NCBI GenBank assembly: GCA_018896215.1
Contig: JAHINB010000017.1
Coordinates: 1 to 63,394, forward strand
Source: Patescibacteria group bacterium
Lineage (GTDB): Bacteria > Patescibacteriota > WWE3 > 0-14-0-20-40-13
Length of the DNA: 63,394 nt
Reading direction: 5' to 3'
Below the pieces are notes generated by a model. The model ran no database searches. It was given only the letters and a program-made list of their open reading frames with translations, and had not been told where the DNA came from. The translations under genes were made by a program, and so were the position numbers. The number at the start of each line of letters is the position of its first letter. Position 1 is the first letter of the stretch. Positions 39,395-48,134 of the stretch are shown here, piece after piece.

Positions 39395-39830
39395 TTCTGG
39401 TTCCCCGGGTGGTCTCGTAAGTGCCCCTGTGGCACTCCTTACACACCATCTCCCTGTCTAGCACTAAACATGACAGGGCGTTTTCCGTTAAACTACGGGG
39501 GTGATGTGATTACCTAGCTAGCCGCGCTCGCAGACGCCTCCCCTAGAGGCCGAGAGCGGACACTTTCCGCAGTTTCCGTTTCTCCCTTCGGGACAACCCT
39601 GCCCCAGAGGGAGTGCGCAGTGAAGCTCGAGGTAGCGCACCTCGCTACCACGCCGTTGCTTTTTGGCCCTCGCCCGAGGGCGGCGCGGCGGCGTCGTCTG
39701 CCGACGCACCGGCGGTCTACGGGTCGGTTGATCTAACTCCTGCAGGGCACGCTCGTGACGGACGAGGTTCTTACACATTTGGGGCTCCTTCCCTACGAGG
39801 AAACAAATTACGGGAAAAGCTCCCGCAAGC
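39395..39830 (-). other. GC-rich, hairpin-dense segment (cassette 4): either a structured ncRNA with RNase-P-catalytic-domain-like motifs or a small Arg-rich ORF (39518-39778)
   Basis: Many perfect 5-7 bp GC hairpins. On the minus strand: GGAAAGUGUCC (39568-39558) pairs with GGGCACUU (39426-39419); GCACUCC (39616-39610) pairs with GGAGUGC (39438-39432); a hairpin followed by AGAUG lies at 39478-39447. Alternatively, AAGGAG-N6-ATG precedes the 86-aa ORF. Confidence 0.3.
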
Positions 39831-39885
39831 TCCGTAAAAAACCGGAAAAAATGAACCTACTAAGCAGATTCACTCTTTCCGATTC

Positions 39886-39945
39886 ATTAGGGACGATCCC
39901 TAATACAATTCCGATCAAATGCCTCTTAAGGGATCGTCCCTAAAA
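39886..39945. repeat. family C palindrome (TTAGGGACGATCCCTAA ... TTAAGGGATCGTCCCTAA)
   Basis: Arms separated by about 25 nt. Solo arm pair at 42303-42323. Confidence 0.75.
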
Positions 39946-40142
39946 AGGCAAAACACGCCAGGGGGCGCATTCATCGTTATAGCCATAGTCTCTTGTAAGT
40001 CTCTTCCATCTCGTAAATGGCTATTGAGGGGTATTCTACCCCACCTTTTAACACTATGTCAACCTTTTTTAAAGAAAAAACTTAAAGCGCCTTGTTGGTC
40101 GGAAATGCATCCCGTAACCAAAAAGGCGCTTCTTCTAAAAAA

Positions 40143-40829
40143 CTAGAACGGCTCGCCCGAGATTGGTCTCTTCGGGGTAGAGACCAGCGAGATGAATGTC
40201 TTCGACATTGGCACTTGGCAGGTAAAGGTTACCTTCCAGACATAAAAAACTGATTGAGCGCTCTCCCGATAAGAGTAAGCGAACACGCCTACTCTCCTAC
40301 CCTGAACCCAACCCACCACCACTGGGGGAATCTCTGCCTCCCCATACCCCCAGGCAGTACCCACATAGTCCCCATTGACCACCCGCACCCGACCGATTTC
40401 AGCCCACCCGGAGGATGGGACTTCCACGGTCAGAACGAAGTCGACAAAATCTCCTGCGAAATCGGGACTGGAAGGCTTGGGAAGAGCCAGCCCCACCAAC
40501 TTGCAGGAAATAGCGTCCTTGGGAACCCATCCGTAGGATCCCACATAGCCACTCTTCTTCCCTGGATCAGACCTGTCCAAAGTTCCGAACAGATCTGGGT
40601 AGTTGGGGTCCATGGCCTTCCAGGGCGCCTGCATCACCGCCGCGGGGTCGCGCAGCTCCACTACTCGGACCGCCACCGAATCCGCTCCCGCGGGAGCGAC
40701 AACCCCCAGCTCCTCTACCCCCAAAACTTCCGGGAGTGGGGAGATTGAAATTTCCTGCGCCCGAGCGGGTGCAGGAACGAGAAACGACGACACTACCAGT
40801 ACCAGCAAAACTACGATTTTCGCTTTCAC
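40143..40829 (-). CDS. GC-rich secreted ORFan (cassette 5)
   Basis: AAGGAG-N7-GTG at 40829. Signal peptide VKAKIVVLLVLVVSSFLVPAPARA-QE. GC3-rich codons. Confidence 0.6.
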   Translation of the reverse strand: MKAKIVVLLVLVVSSFLVPAPARAQEISISPLPEVLGVEELGVVAPAGADSVAVRVVELRDPAAVMQAPWKAMDPNYPDLFGTLDRSDPGKKSGYVGSYGWVPKDAISCKLVGLALPKPSSPDFAGDFVDFVLTVEVPSSGWAEIGRVRVVNGDYVGTAWGYGEAEIPPVVVGWVQGRRVGVFAYSYRESAQSVFYVWKVTFTCQVPMSKTFISLVSTPKRPISGEPF

Positions 40830-40902
40830 TGTTTTCTCTCCTTTGCGAGAATTGTGAAATGGGATTAAATTGCACACCCCGTTGGGTGGCAAACGAACCC
40901 TC

Positions 40903-40931
40903 ATTTTACAACAAAAACACCCCCCAGTCAA
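40903..40931 (-). promoter_or_regulatory. sigma70-like promoter of cassette 5
   Basis: Minus strand: TTGACT (40931-40926), 17 nt, TAAAAT (40908-40903). Preceded by AACTATAGGA. Confidence 0.5.
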
Positions 40932-40998
40932 TCCTATAGTTAGAAACTCCCTAAATTTTGCTCTTGTTTAAGACCTCCTTTCCTCTTAAACTAATCTC

Positions 40999-42030
40999 AT
41001 GACCAACCGCAAAAAATCCCTCATCGCCCTCGCCTTGGTAACCCTGATCTGGGGAGGCGCCACCCCAGTGATCAAACTGGGTTTAAACAGCCTTCCCACC
41101 TTTACTTTTTTATTCATCAGACTTGCGATCTCCTCAATTGCGGTGCTTCCAATTCTGCTTGTTAAACTCAAGAAAACCCCTCTCAAACTCCCGCAAATTC
41201 CGGCGCTTTTTTTTATCCCGTTTTTTGGTCAAACAATATCTTTGGGACTGGTTTTTTTGGCGCTTGATCGCACTTCGGCGCTCGACGGAGCGATTCTGGG
41301 ATCAATGAGTCCTATTATGATATCGATTGCGGGAGTAATTTTGTTAAATGAGGTTATTACGAAAAGAGAAAGAGTGGGAACAGCAATTGCCCTTGTGGGA
41401 TCGTTGATAATTATTTTTCAGCCTTGGGCAGAATCAGGATTTTCTTTGCATGACGGCTTTAGAGAAAAACTTTTGGGAAATGTTTTAATGGTAGGCTATC
41501 TTCTTGCCAACACCGCCTATACTATCGCCACTAAAAGATATTTTAAAAAATACCCTAAAACCGATCCGTTTATTAAAATTTCGCTGGGATTTATTGTTGG
41601 AGCCATCACCTTCTTTCCCCTTTCGATGCTCGAGTTGTCTTCTTTGACCACAGTCTCCGGGATCGCGGCGCTGACTTTTCCCCCGTTGACCGCTATACTT
41701 TCCCTGCTTTACATGGCAATTTTTTCTGGTGTTATCGCCTATTTCTTATACGAGATGGCATTAAAATATATTGAGGCTTCAGAAGCCAGCGTCTTTACCT
41801 ACCTGCAACCGGTTATTGCCATCCCCGCTTCTTTTATCTTGCTGGGTGAAGTTCCGACAGGAGTGTTTATGATGGGCGGGGCGGTCATAGCAATGGGAGT
41901 ATATTTAGCAGAAACCAAAAAATTCCCCTACTTCCCCGCTTCTTTTAAAAGGTCTTTCAAAGACTTAACTCCACTCATCACTTGCTTTTTTTCTATTTTT
42001 TTAACCATTTTAGCTTTTCGCTCTTCTTGA
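40999..42030 (+). CDS. DMT-superfamily transporter (two EamA domains)
   Basis: [11 protein letters not shown] plus 10 TM helices. The last ~100 nt overlap rpmE on the opposite strand. Confidence 0.8.
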   Translation: MTNRKKSLIALALVTLIWGGATPVIKLGLNSLPTFTFLFIRLAISSIAVLPILLVKLKKTPLKLPQIPALFFIPFFGQTISLGLVFLALDRTSALDGAILGSMSPIMISIAGVILLNEVITKRERVGTAIALVGSLIIIFQPWAESGFSLHDGFREKLLGNVLMVGYLLANTAYTIATKRYFKKYPKTDPFIKISLGFIVGAITFFPLSMLELSSLTTVSGIAALTFPPLTAILSLLYMAIFSGVIAYFLYEMALKYIEASEASVFTYLQPVIAIPASFILLGEVPTGVFMMGGAVIAMGVYLAETKKFPYFPASFKRSFKDLTPLITCFFSIFLTILAFRSS

Positions 42031-42239
42031 ACTTTTTTGGCAACATCTACTTTGCGCTTAAACCTCTCCACCCGCCCCTCAGTGTCAATAAACTTTTCTT
42101 TGCCAGTATAAAACGGATGGCAGGCGCTACAAACATCTACCCTGATTTCGGGCAAAATTGATCCCGTGATGTAAGAGTTGCCACAAGCGCAAACCACTTT
42201 GCAGTCATTATAATATTTGGGATGGATGTCAGGTTTCAT
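41928..42239 (-). CDS. rpmE: 50S ribosomal protein L31 with Lys-rich C-terminal extension
   Basis: [10 protein letters not shown]...CACGN...[27 protein letters not shown]. Confidence 0.93.
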   Translation of the reverse strand: MKPDIHPKYYNDCKVVCACGNSYITGSILPEIRVDVCSACHPFYTGKEKFIDTEGRVERFKRKVDVAKKVQEERKAKMVKKIEKKQVMSGVKSLKDLLKEAGK

Positions 42240-42302
42240 ATATCAAATATTGTCGCGGGAGATTGTACCAATTTTATCCTTCTAAAACAAGTTCTTTTTT
42301 TC

Positions 42303-42323
42303 ATAAGGGACGATCCCTAATGG
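42303..42323. repeat. family C solo palindrome (AAGGGACGATCCCTAA)
   Basis: Identical arm to 39886-39945. Confidence 0.6.
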
Positions 42324-42423
42324 AAATTAGACATTAGAAATTAGGAATTAGAAATTTTTAAAATTCCCTCTTGACACTTCGTGATTGTTTCGGATAGATT
42401 GGGTATATTAGTAGAATTTAGAT

Positions 42424-42445
42424 TTTCGGGTGACACCCGAAAAAT
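42424..42445. repeat. family A minimal palindrome (TTTTCGGGTGACACCCGAAAAA) in the lexA leader
   Basis: Arms as in 27611-27658 and 56430-56484, without a loop. Confidence 0.7.
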
Positions 42446-42451
42446 GAACAT

Positions 42452-43072
42452 ATGCCTGTTACCTTATATAAACGCCAACGCCAAATTATGGATTATATTA
42501 AACAATATATCCAAAAACAAGGTTTCTCCCCCACATTACAAGAAATTGCCAACGCCATGGGGGTCTCCTCCCTTGCCACCGTTCACGAGCATTTGCAAGC
42601 GCTCGAAAAAAAAGGCATTATTAAAAAATTCCAAGGCGCAGTTAGGGGTCTGCAAGTTCTAGACCAAAAAATTAACGCCGCGCTAGATGGAATCGAGATA
42701 CCACTAGTCGGCATGATTGCCGCAGGATCGCCGATTGAGGCTATCGAAGATCCCGCAACTACCATTACCATTGCTCCAGCCATGGTCTCGGAAAAAGCTC
42801 GCACCTTTGCCCTGTTGGTTCGCGGTCAAAGCATGAAAGATATGGGAATATTAGATGGCGACTTCGTTATCTGCGAGCAAAAAAGTTACGCCAATGCTGG
42901 AGATGTGGTGGTAGCGCTTTTAGAAAACGAGATGGCAACGCTAAAAAGGTTTTACCGCGAAGGAAAAATGGTAAAACTGGTTCCCGCCAATTCCGAAATG
43001 CTACCAATTTTGGTACCAGAGGATAAAATAAAAATCCAAGGGGTTGTTAAAGGTGTCATAAGAAGGTATTAA
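42452..43072 (+). CDS. lexA: LexA repressor (S24 peptidase)
   Basis: wHTH FSPTLQEIANAMGVSSLATVHEHLQALEKKG, cleavage-site region AAG, catalytic Ser in RGQSM and Lys in LKRF. Confidence 0.92.
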   Translation: MPVTLYKRQRQIMDYIKQYIQKQGFSPTLQEIANAMGVSSLATVHEHLQALEKKGIIKKFQGAVRGLQVLDQKINAALDGIEIPLVGMIAAGSPIEAIEDPATTITIAPAMVSEKARTFALLVRGQSMKDMGILDGDFVICEQKSYANAGDVVVALLENEMATLKRFYREGKMVKLVPANSEMLPILVPEDKIKIQGVVKGVIRRY

Positions 43073-43080
43073 TTTTCTTC

Positions 43081-44016
43081 ATGGATTACCTTGAGATTGA
43101 AAAAAATAGAATAGACTTAAAAATACTCGAAGCGAAAAAACTTTTGCTTGATCCTGCTTTGGCAGAACTTGCCAAGGAGGAGATTGCAAGGTTAGAACAA
43201 GAGAAAACGGAATTAGAAAAAGGGGGTAGTCCGCCTTTGGCGGACTACCCCAACGATTCTGCACCTTCTTCCCTCTCCAATCCCTCTAATTCCCCTTATC
43301 CCTCTACTCCCTCTAGTTCGTGTATTTTGGAAATAAGGGCAGGAACCGGGGGCGACGAGGCCAGCATTTTTGCCAGCGAGCTTTTTAGAATGTATCAAAG
43401 GTACGCCATAAACCAAGGTTGGAAGATAAATTTGCTAGGAGAAACCAGCGCTAAGATAACAGGCGAGGGGTGTTTTGACAAATTACAGTTTGAGTCGGGG
43501 GTCCATCGTGTCCAACGGGTACCACAGACAGAATCCAGTGGCAGAATCCATACTTCCACGATAACTGTGGCAGTTTTGCCCGTAGTCACTCCAAAGGAAG
43601 TGGAAATTAAGGATGCTGACTTGATATTTGACTCGTTTCATTCCGGCGGTCACGGCGGGCAGAATGTTAACAAGGTCGAAACCGCCGTTCGGATTACTCA
43701 CAAACCCACGGGAATTGTGGTTTCCTGCCAAGAGGAACGCTTTCAACTCAAAAATCGCGAAAAGGCTCTGGAAATGCTTCGCTCTAAACTTTATCAAATG
43801 ATGCAGGAACAACACCAAACCTCTGTCAACAACCTACGAGCAACGCAAGTGGGAACTGGTGACAGAACCGAAAAAATAAGAACCTACAACTTTCCGCAAA
43901 ATAGAATCACCGATCATCGAGCCGGCTTAAGCTGGCACAATATTAAGGGGGTAATGGAGGGGGAGATTGAGAGGGTGTTGAGTGATCTTGAGGAGAAATT
44001 GTTAACCAAAGAATAA
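43081..44016 (+). CDS. prfA: peptide chain release factor 1 (short N-domain carrying repeat insertions)
   Basis: PQT tripeptide in RVQRVPQTESSGRIHTS (RF1 PxT), and GGQ in SGGHGGQNVNKVETAV. Confidence 0.9.
   Translation: MDYLEIEKNRIDLKILEAKKLLLDPALAELAKEEIARLEQEKTELEKGGSPPLADYPNDSAPSSLSNPSNSPYPSTPSSSCILEIRAGTGGDEASIFASELFRMYQRYAINQGWKINLLGETSAKITGEGCFDKLQFESGVHRVQRVPQTESSGRIHTSTITVAVLPVVTPKEVEIKDADLIFDSFHSGGHGGQNVNKVETAVRITHKPTGIVVSCQEERFQLKNREKALEMLRSKLYQMMQEQHQTSVNNLRATQVGTGDRTEKIRTYNFPQNRITDHRAGLSWHNIKGVMEGEIERVLSDLEEKLLTKE
43220..43318. repeat. family B variant (GGGGTAGTCCGCC-tttg-GCGGACTACCCC) followed by family F tract, both in frame in prfA
   Basis: Translated as KGGSPPLADYPNDSAPSSLSNPSNSPYPSTPSSS. 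Confidence 0.75.
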
Positions 44017-44105
44017 ACTCTAAATTCTAAGCGCTAAATCCTAAACAATATCAAAACTCAAAAATCAAAATACAAAATTTGTTCTGAACATTAGAATTTC
44101 GGATT
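44017..44105. repeat. AT-rich family D element copy
   Basis: ..ctaaatcctaaacaatatcaaaa...gaacattagaattt.. shares blocks with 5395-5545. Confidence 0.65.
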
Positions 44106-45343
44106 TAGAATTTACTCTCCGCAATCTCGATCGCCTTCTCCAATTGCGCGTCCTTTGTTATATCATTCTCATCATTTTTAATCTCGTAATCTGGAGTTAA
44201 ACCCACCTTGTGAACCCAAGTTTTATTAGGAGTCAGCCATTTGGCAATCGTCACATGAACACTTGCCCCGTCCTCAAAATCTTCGGAGTCTTGAATTGTC
44301 CCCTTGCCAAAACTTGTCTCGCCAACCAGTTTTGCCCCCTGGCGATCCCGCAAAGCTCCAGCTAATATTTCGGACGCCGAAGCGCTTCCACCGTTGATGA
44401 GAACTACCACAGGATATTTTGTCAGCAACCCCTTGCGCATGACATCAAGCGAAATTTGCGCTCCATTGGCATCCTCTTGATAAACCACCGGCCCCTTGTC
44501 TAAAAATTCGCTGGCTAGGTAAACTGAACCATTTAAGTACCCACCGGGATTATTGCGCACATCCAGAATTAGCGATTTTAAATTTGGCATTACCCGGACT
44601 ATCTCGGCAACCACTTTGTCCCAATCGCCATTGGTATTTTCGCCAAATGTCGAAACTTTTATGTAAGCAATCCCCTGCCCTTTATCCTGCCATTCCACTG
44701 ACTTAATTACAATTTGACGACGAACAATCGCGACATCAAAAGGCTGGTTGCTAGCTGACGGCTCTCCTCTTAGAATATTGAGCGTAACCGTGGTATTTTT
44801 AGGTCCCCTAATTTTAGCCACCGCTTCGGAAAGCGACAGCCCTAGGGCGTTTTCCCCGTCAATTTTTAGGATTTTATCCTTGGGACGAATTCCCACCAAT
44901 TGCGCTGGCGATCCTTCTAGTGGCGAGACCACAATAATCACATCGTTATCGTCTTTTCCCAGTTCCGCGCCAATTCCCTCGTACTGCCCATTTAAAGCCG
45001 AAGCAAAAGAAGCGTTTTCCACAGGCTCTAAAAATGAAGTGTAGGGATCTCCTAAAGAATTGGTCAGTCCTTTGATAGCACCGTAAACCATTTTTTGACC
45101 GTCTAGCGGTCTTAGCAAGTACTTAGTGTTTAAAATGTCCCAAACTTTCCAAAACTCGTCAAAAGCAACCGTTGTTTCCCCAACTGGAGCCACCATTTGC
45201 CTTCGGGTTACAGTAATGGGAATGGATTTTTTGCGGTCGTACTCTACCTCAAATCCCCTACGACCGAAGTAATATCCGCAACTCGTTGCGGATATTAGAA
45301 GAAGCAGAGCAAGCAGTATTTTTTGAAAGAGTTTATAAGACAT
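44105..45343 (-). CDS. ctp: S41 carboxy-terminal processing peptidase with PDZ domain
   Basis: PDZ region GSPAQLVGIRPKDKILKIDG, catalytic region NGGSASASEI with downstream Lys. Signal anchor from Met at 45343. Confidence 0.88.
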   Translation of the reverse strand: MSYKLFQKILLALLLLISATSCGYYFGRRGFEVEYDRKKSIPITVTRRQMVAPVGETTVAFDEFWKVWDILNTKYLLRPLDGQKMVYGAIKGLTNSLGDPYTSFLEPVENASFASALNGQYEGIGAELGKDDNDVIIVVSPLEGSPAQLVGIRPKDKILKIDGENALGLSLSEAVAKIRGPKNTTVTLNILRGEPSASNQPFDVAIVRRQIVIKSVEWQDKGQGIAYIKVSTFGENTNGDWDKVVAEIVRVMPNLKSLILDVRNNPGGYLNGSVYLASEFLDKGPVVYQEDANGAQISLDVMRKGLLTKYPVVVLINGGSASASEILAGALRDRQGAKLVGETSFGKGTIQDSEDFEDGASVHVTIAKWLTPNKTWVHKVGLTPDYEIKNDENDITKDAQLEKAIEIAESKF

Positions 45344-45353
45344 TTTTAAATTT

Positions 45354-46346
45354 CTAACCTCCCACCACCCCCAGATTCTCCACCGGCAATTCAATTTTTT
45401 CTTTCTTCTCCCACATTTCCACTTTTACCAGCCCTTTTTCCTCATCACAAGAAATCACTGTACCAAAAAAACCATAATAGGGAAAGGAGAATATTTGCAC
45501 CGCTTGCCCTCTTTTTACATCCACAAACGGTACGCTTTTTGTAGAACACCACCCCTGCTTACCCGACTCGGGGATAATCAGTTCCCGTTCGCAAGCGCGC
45601 AAGACCACAAACCGCGACTGCACCGACTTTAAGTAATCAAAAACCAAAGGACTTAAAGGAATTTTTCCAAACCCCTCCAAGACCAAAACTGGTGGGCAGT
45701 CCCCTTTGAGATTATTAAAAAGCGCCAAATTGCAACTTCCGCAAACAAAACCTTCCACCCCCACAGCTCGTCCTTTGGCATAAGCCTCGCGAGTCAAGTG
45801 CCCGCAAACCACTATTTTTTCGGCAAGTTCGTTTTCAAAATTCTCCTGTTTTAAGTTATCGTTATGCTCACCAAAAACAAGAAGCTCCGCCCCCACCTCG
45901 GCTCCGTAAGATGCCACCCCGCGAACCCTTAAAGCGCGAGTGGTAATTAAAACCCCCCGACCCTCAATGACTGCGGTTACAAACCCTGGAACCCCCGAAA
46001 TTAGCTCAAATGGACGACTAGGCTTGCGGATAAAGATTTCTTTATTTACCGCATCGGTTTTAATTATGTATCCGGTAAAAGGACTTTTTGTTGACACCTC
46101 CAACCCAAATGCCCGCTTGGAGCTTGCCACGACCTCGCCTTGGCTAATATAATTTCCGCGTTTTTTAACCAAATCGCCATCGTAGGTAAAAGACTTTTCT
46201 TCCAGCATGACTTTGCAATCACCAATCCGATCAAAAGATTGCACCACGGCTCCTTTTTTTATAAAAACATTGCCCTCACAAGGCATGGATCGTTCAATCA
46301 GCGCCTCGGGATCGATAAAATATTTATTAAGAAATAAAGCTTTCAC
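45354..46346 (-). CDS. hypothetical protein with C-terminal KOW-like motif
   Basis: The C-terminal GQAVQIFSFPYYGFFGTVISCDEEKGLVKVEM resembles a KOW motif. The N-terminal part is not recognised. Confidence 0.5.
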   Translation of the reverse strand: MKALFLNKYFIDPEALIERSMPCEGNVFIKKGAVVQSFDRIGDCKVMLEEKSFTYDGDLVKKRGNYISQGEVVASSKRAFGLEVSTKSPFTGYIIKTDAVNKEIFIRKPSRPFELISGVPGFVTAVIEGRGVLITTRALRVRGVASYGAEVGAELLVFGEHNDNLKQENFENELAEKIVVCGHLTREAYAKGRAVGVEGFVCGSCNLALFNNLKGDCPPVLVLEGFGKIPLSPLVFDYLKSVQSRFVVLRACERELIIPESGKQGWCSTKSVPFVDVKRGQAVQIFSFPYYGFFGTVISCDEEKGLVKVEMWEKKEKIELPVENLGVVGG

Positions 46347-46358
46347 TTTATAGAGCTT

Positions 46359-47357
46359 TCATATAACTTTGGTTTCCAAAACTCTCTTCAGCTGTTCTGT
46401 CTCTTTTAGGGTATAGGATTTGGACATAAAACCCGTCAAAGGACGCGGGCGGGCGTCAATTACCAAGCCATAGGATCCCCCACCTACTTCAAATGTTAAG
46501 CGTTTTTTGCCTTTTATTTTTAAAATAACTTTTACCAGATCTTTTTCGGCAATGGGAACAAAAAACACCCCAGCATTTTTAAAATCAAAAGACTGGTTTT
46601 TTCCCAACCCGAAGTCAATCTCCCCCTCTGTGGCGTTTGGAACAACCAGAGCTGTTACTGTTGTATTAAAAGGATTCTTAAGCAAAAAAGCCTCCGCCAG
46701 CGACTTGTCGTAAAAAGAAAGGGTGGCAAGGCAAGATAAGGAATCTTTTTCGTCAAAAGCAATCCTCCAAACTCCCGGCAGATTAAAGGAGTTTAAAACA
46801 GCCAGCATCAGTCGCGAAACCCCCCCGTAAAAAAACGGATAGCTCCCCGAAATAATAATTTTATCAGCGCCAGAGATTACTTTTAAATAAGCGTTATTTA
46901 TAGCAAACTTTATTTTAGAAAAGCTTACCGCATTTTCTAAAGATATATCATAGGGATTGCAAGGGGTTTTTGGTCCGTACAAAAGCCTGTTTTGCCAAGC
47001 GTTTTCCGCCTGTTGCGAGTTGGGTTCCAAAAAAAAGTAATTAAAATAGTCGGTTTCTACTATTTTAAGCTCCTGGGTTCCTTCTGGCGTATAAATTCTT
47101 TTATCGCCAATCCAGATAAAAGGATTAGGAATCGCGGTTTTGTTTAACGCTTGTTCAAATGTTGCTGGAGCGGATATTTCGGGATTAGAAGACACCACAT
47201 ACTTTTGAGTAGCCTTACCAACCAAATCGTCAACTAAAATTTTTTGCGAGAAGATTGGCTGGGGAATTGGCGTATAGCTTGTAGTAAACGAAAGAGTTTT
47301 CTCGTCAACAAAAAAATTGGCGGACCAAAAAAGTCCCATGTGGCAGGCAAGAATCAT
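46359..47357 (-). CDS. hypothetical protein
   Basis: 332-aa ORF with host-like codon usage, tightly linked to the downstream KOW protein. No motif recognised. Confidence 0.5.
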   Translation of the reverse strand: MILACHMGLFWSANFFVDEKTLSFTTSYTPIPQPIFSQKILVDDLVGKATQKYVVSSNPEISAPATFEQALNKTAIPNPFIWIGDKRIYTPEGTQELKIVETDYFNYFFLEPNSQQAENAWQNRLLYGPKTPCNPYDISLENAVSFSKIKFAINNAYLKVISGADKIIISGSYPFFYGGVSRLMLAVLNSFNLPGVWRIAFDEKDSLSCLATLSFYDKSLAEAFLLKNPFNTTVTALVVPNATEGEIDFGLGKNQSFDFKNAGVFFVPIAEKDLVKVILKIKGKKRLTFEVGGGSYGLVIDARPRPLTGFMSKSYTLKETEQLKRVLETKVI

Positions 47358-47366
47358 AGAATGATA

Positions 47367-47618
47367 TTAGCGCACTTCGTGGCGTTCTGTAAATGGCAGA
47401 AGTCCCATAATCCGAGCCTTCCTAATCTCACGAGAGACTGCCCGTTGCAAAGATGCCGAAACTCGAGTTAATTTGCGAGGCAAAATTTTGTGGCGATCGC
47501 TTAGGAATTTCTTAAGTTGCGCGGTGTCTTTAAAAGAGACATCGCCAACTTTGGGAAGCGGTCCTACATCTACAAACTTTTTCTTAAGAATGAGTTTTTT
47601 CTTTTTTTTCTTTTGCAT
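47367..47618 (-). CDS. rpsR: 30S ribosomal protein S18
   Basis: LKKFLSDRHKILPRKLTRVSASLQRAVSREIRKARIMGLLPF. Confidence 0.93.
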   Translation of the reverse strand: MQKKKKKKLILKKKFVDVGPLPKVGDVSFKDTAQLKKFLSDRHKILPRKLTRVSASLQRAVSREIRKARIMGLLPFTERHEVR

Positions 47619-47621
47619 TTC

Positions 47622-48098
47622 CTAAAAAGGAATTTCCTCTCCCGCCACATCTTCTTTAACTTCTTTTGATTCGGTCTTTTCCTCTTTTGACGCTTCTTCG
47701 GGTTCTACAACTGGCGCTTCCACCGGCTCTTTGGCAACTGTTTCCGTTACCATACCCCCTGTTCTTCCCCGCTCTAAAACCACCATATCGTCGGCAACTA
47801 TCTCGGTTTTGTAGTGTTTTGCCCCACTGGTGTCATCCCAATTCCTAGTTTGCAATCTCCCCTGCACAAAAACTCGGGTCCCTTTTTGTAATAATTGTGA
47901 GCAAAGTTCGGCTAATTTGTTCCAGGATACAATATTGTGAAATTCGCTCTCTTCGCGCACTTCGCCTCTTTCGGTTTTCCAGCTTCTATTTGTAGCAACC
48001 GCAAAACTTGTGACCGCGCTTCCTGACGGCGTATATCTCATTTCGGGATCGCGGGTTAAATTTCCCAAAACCATCGCCTGATTTATAGATCGTGACAT
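47622..48098 (-). CDS. ssb: single-stranded DNA-binding protein
   Basis: OB fold with N-terminus INQAMVLGNLTRDPEMRYTPSG, and an acidic tail ending EEIPF. Confidence 0.93.
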   Translation of the reverse strand: MSRSINQAMVLGNLTRDPEMRYTPSGSAVTSFAVATNRSWKTERGEVREESEFHNIVSWNKLAELCSQLLQKGTRVFVQGRLQTRNWDDTSGAKHYKTEIVADDMVVLERGRTGGMVTETVAKEPVEAPVVEPEEASKEEKTESKEVKEDVAGEEIPF

Positions 48099-48134
48099 TT
48101 ATATAAAGTTTGCGCCAAAAGATAAAAGCTGTCT

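Noticed and set aside
39278-39517. ORF 39278-39517 (+) and ORF 32009-32329 (-)
   Set aside because: They run through tRNA-Thr and tRNA-Leu respectively and have no SD. They are spurious.
40254-40939. Alternative-frame ORFs 40254-40748, 40567-40875, 40603-40857 and 40736-40939 in GC-rich cassette 5
   Set aside because: High GC keeps several frames open. Only the minus-strand frame from GTG 40829 has an SD, a signal peptide and balanced composition. The same applies to 48507-48779, 48620-48978 and 48830-49174 in cassette 6, and to 30144-30503 and 30286-30531 in cassette 2.
42440-42465. LexA (Cheo-type) box at the lexA start: GAACATATGCCTG
   Set aside because: Only one half-site (GAAC) matches the GAAC-N4-GTTC consensus, and it overlaps the start codon. 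The operator consensus of this lineage is unknown to me.
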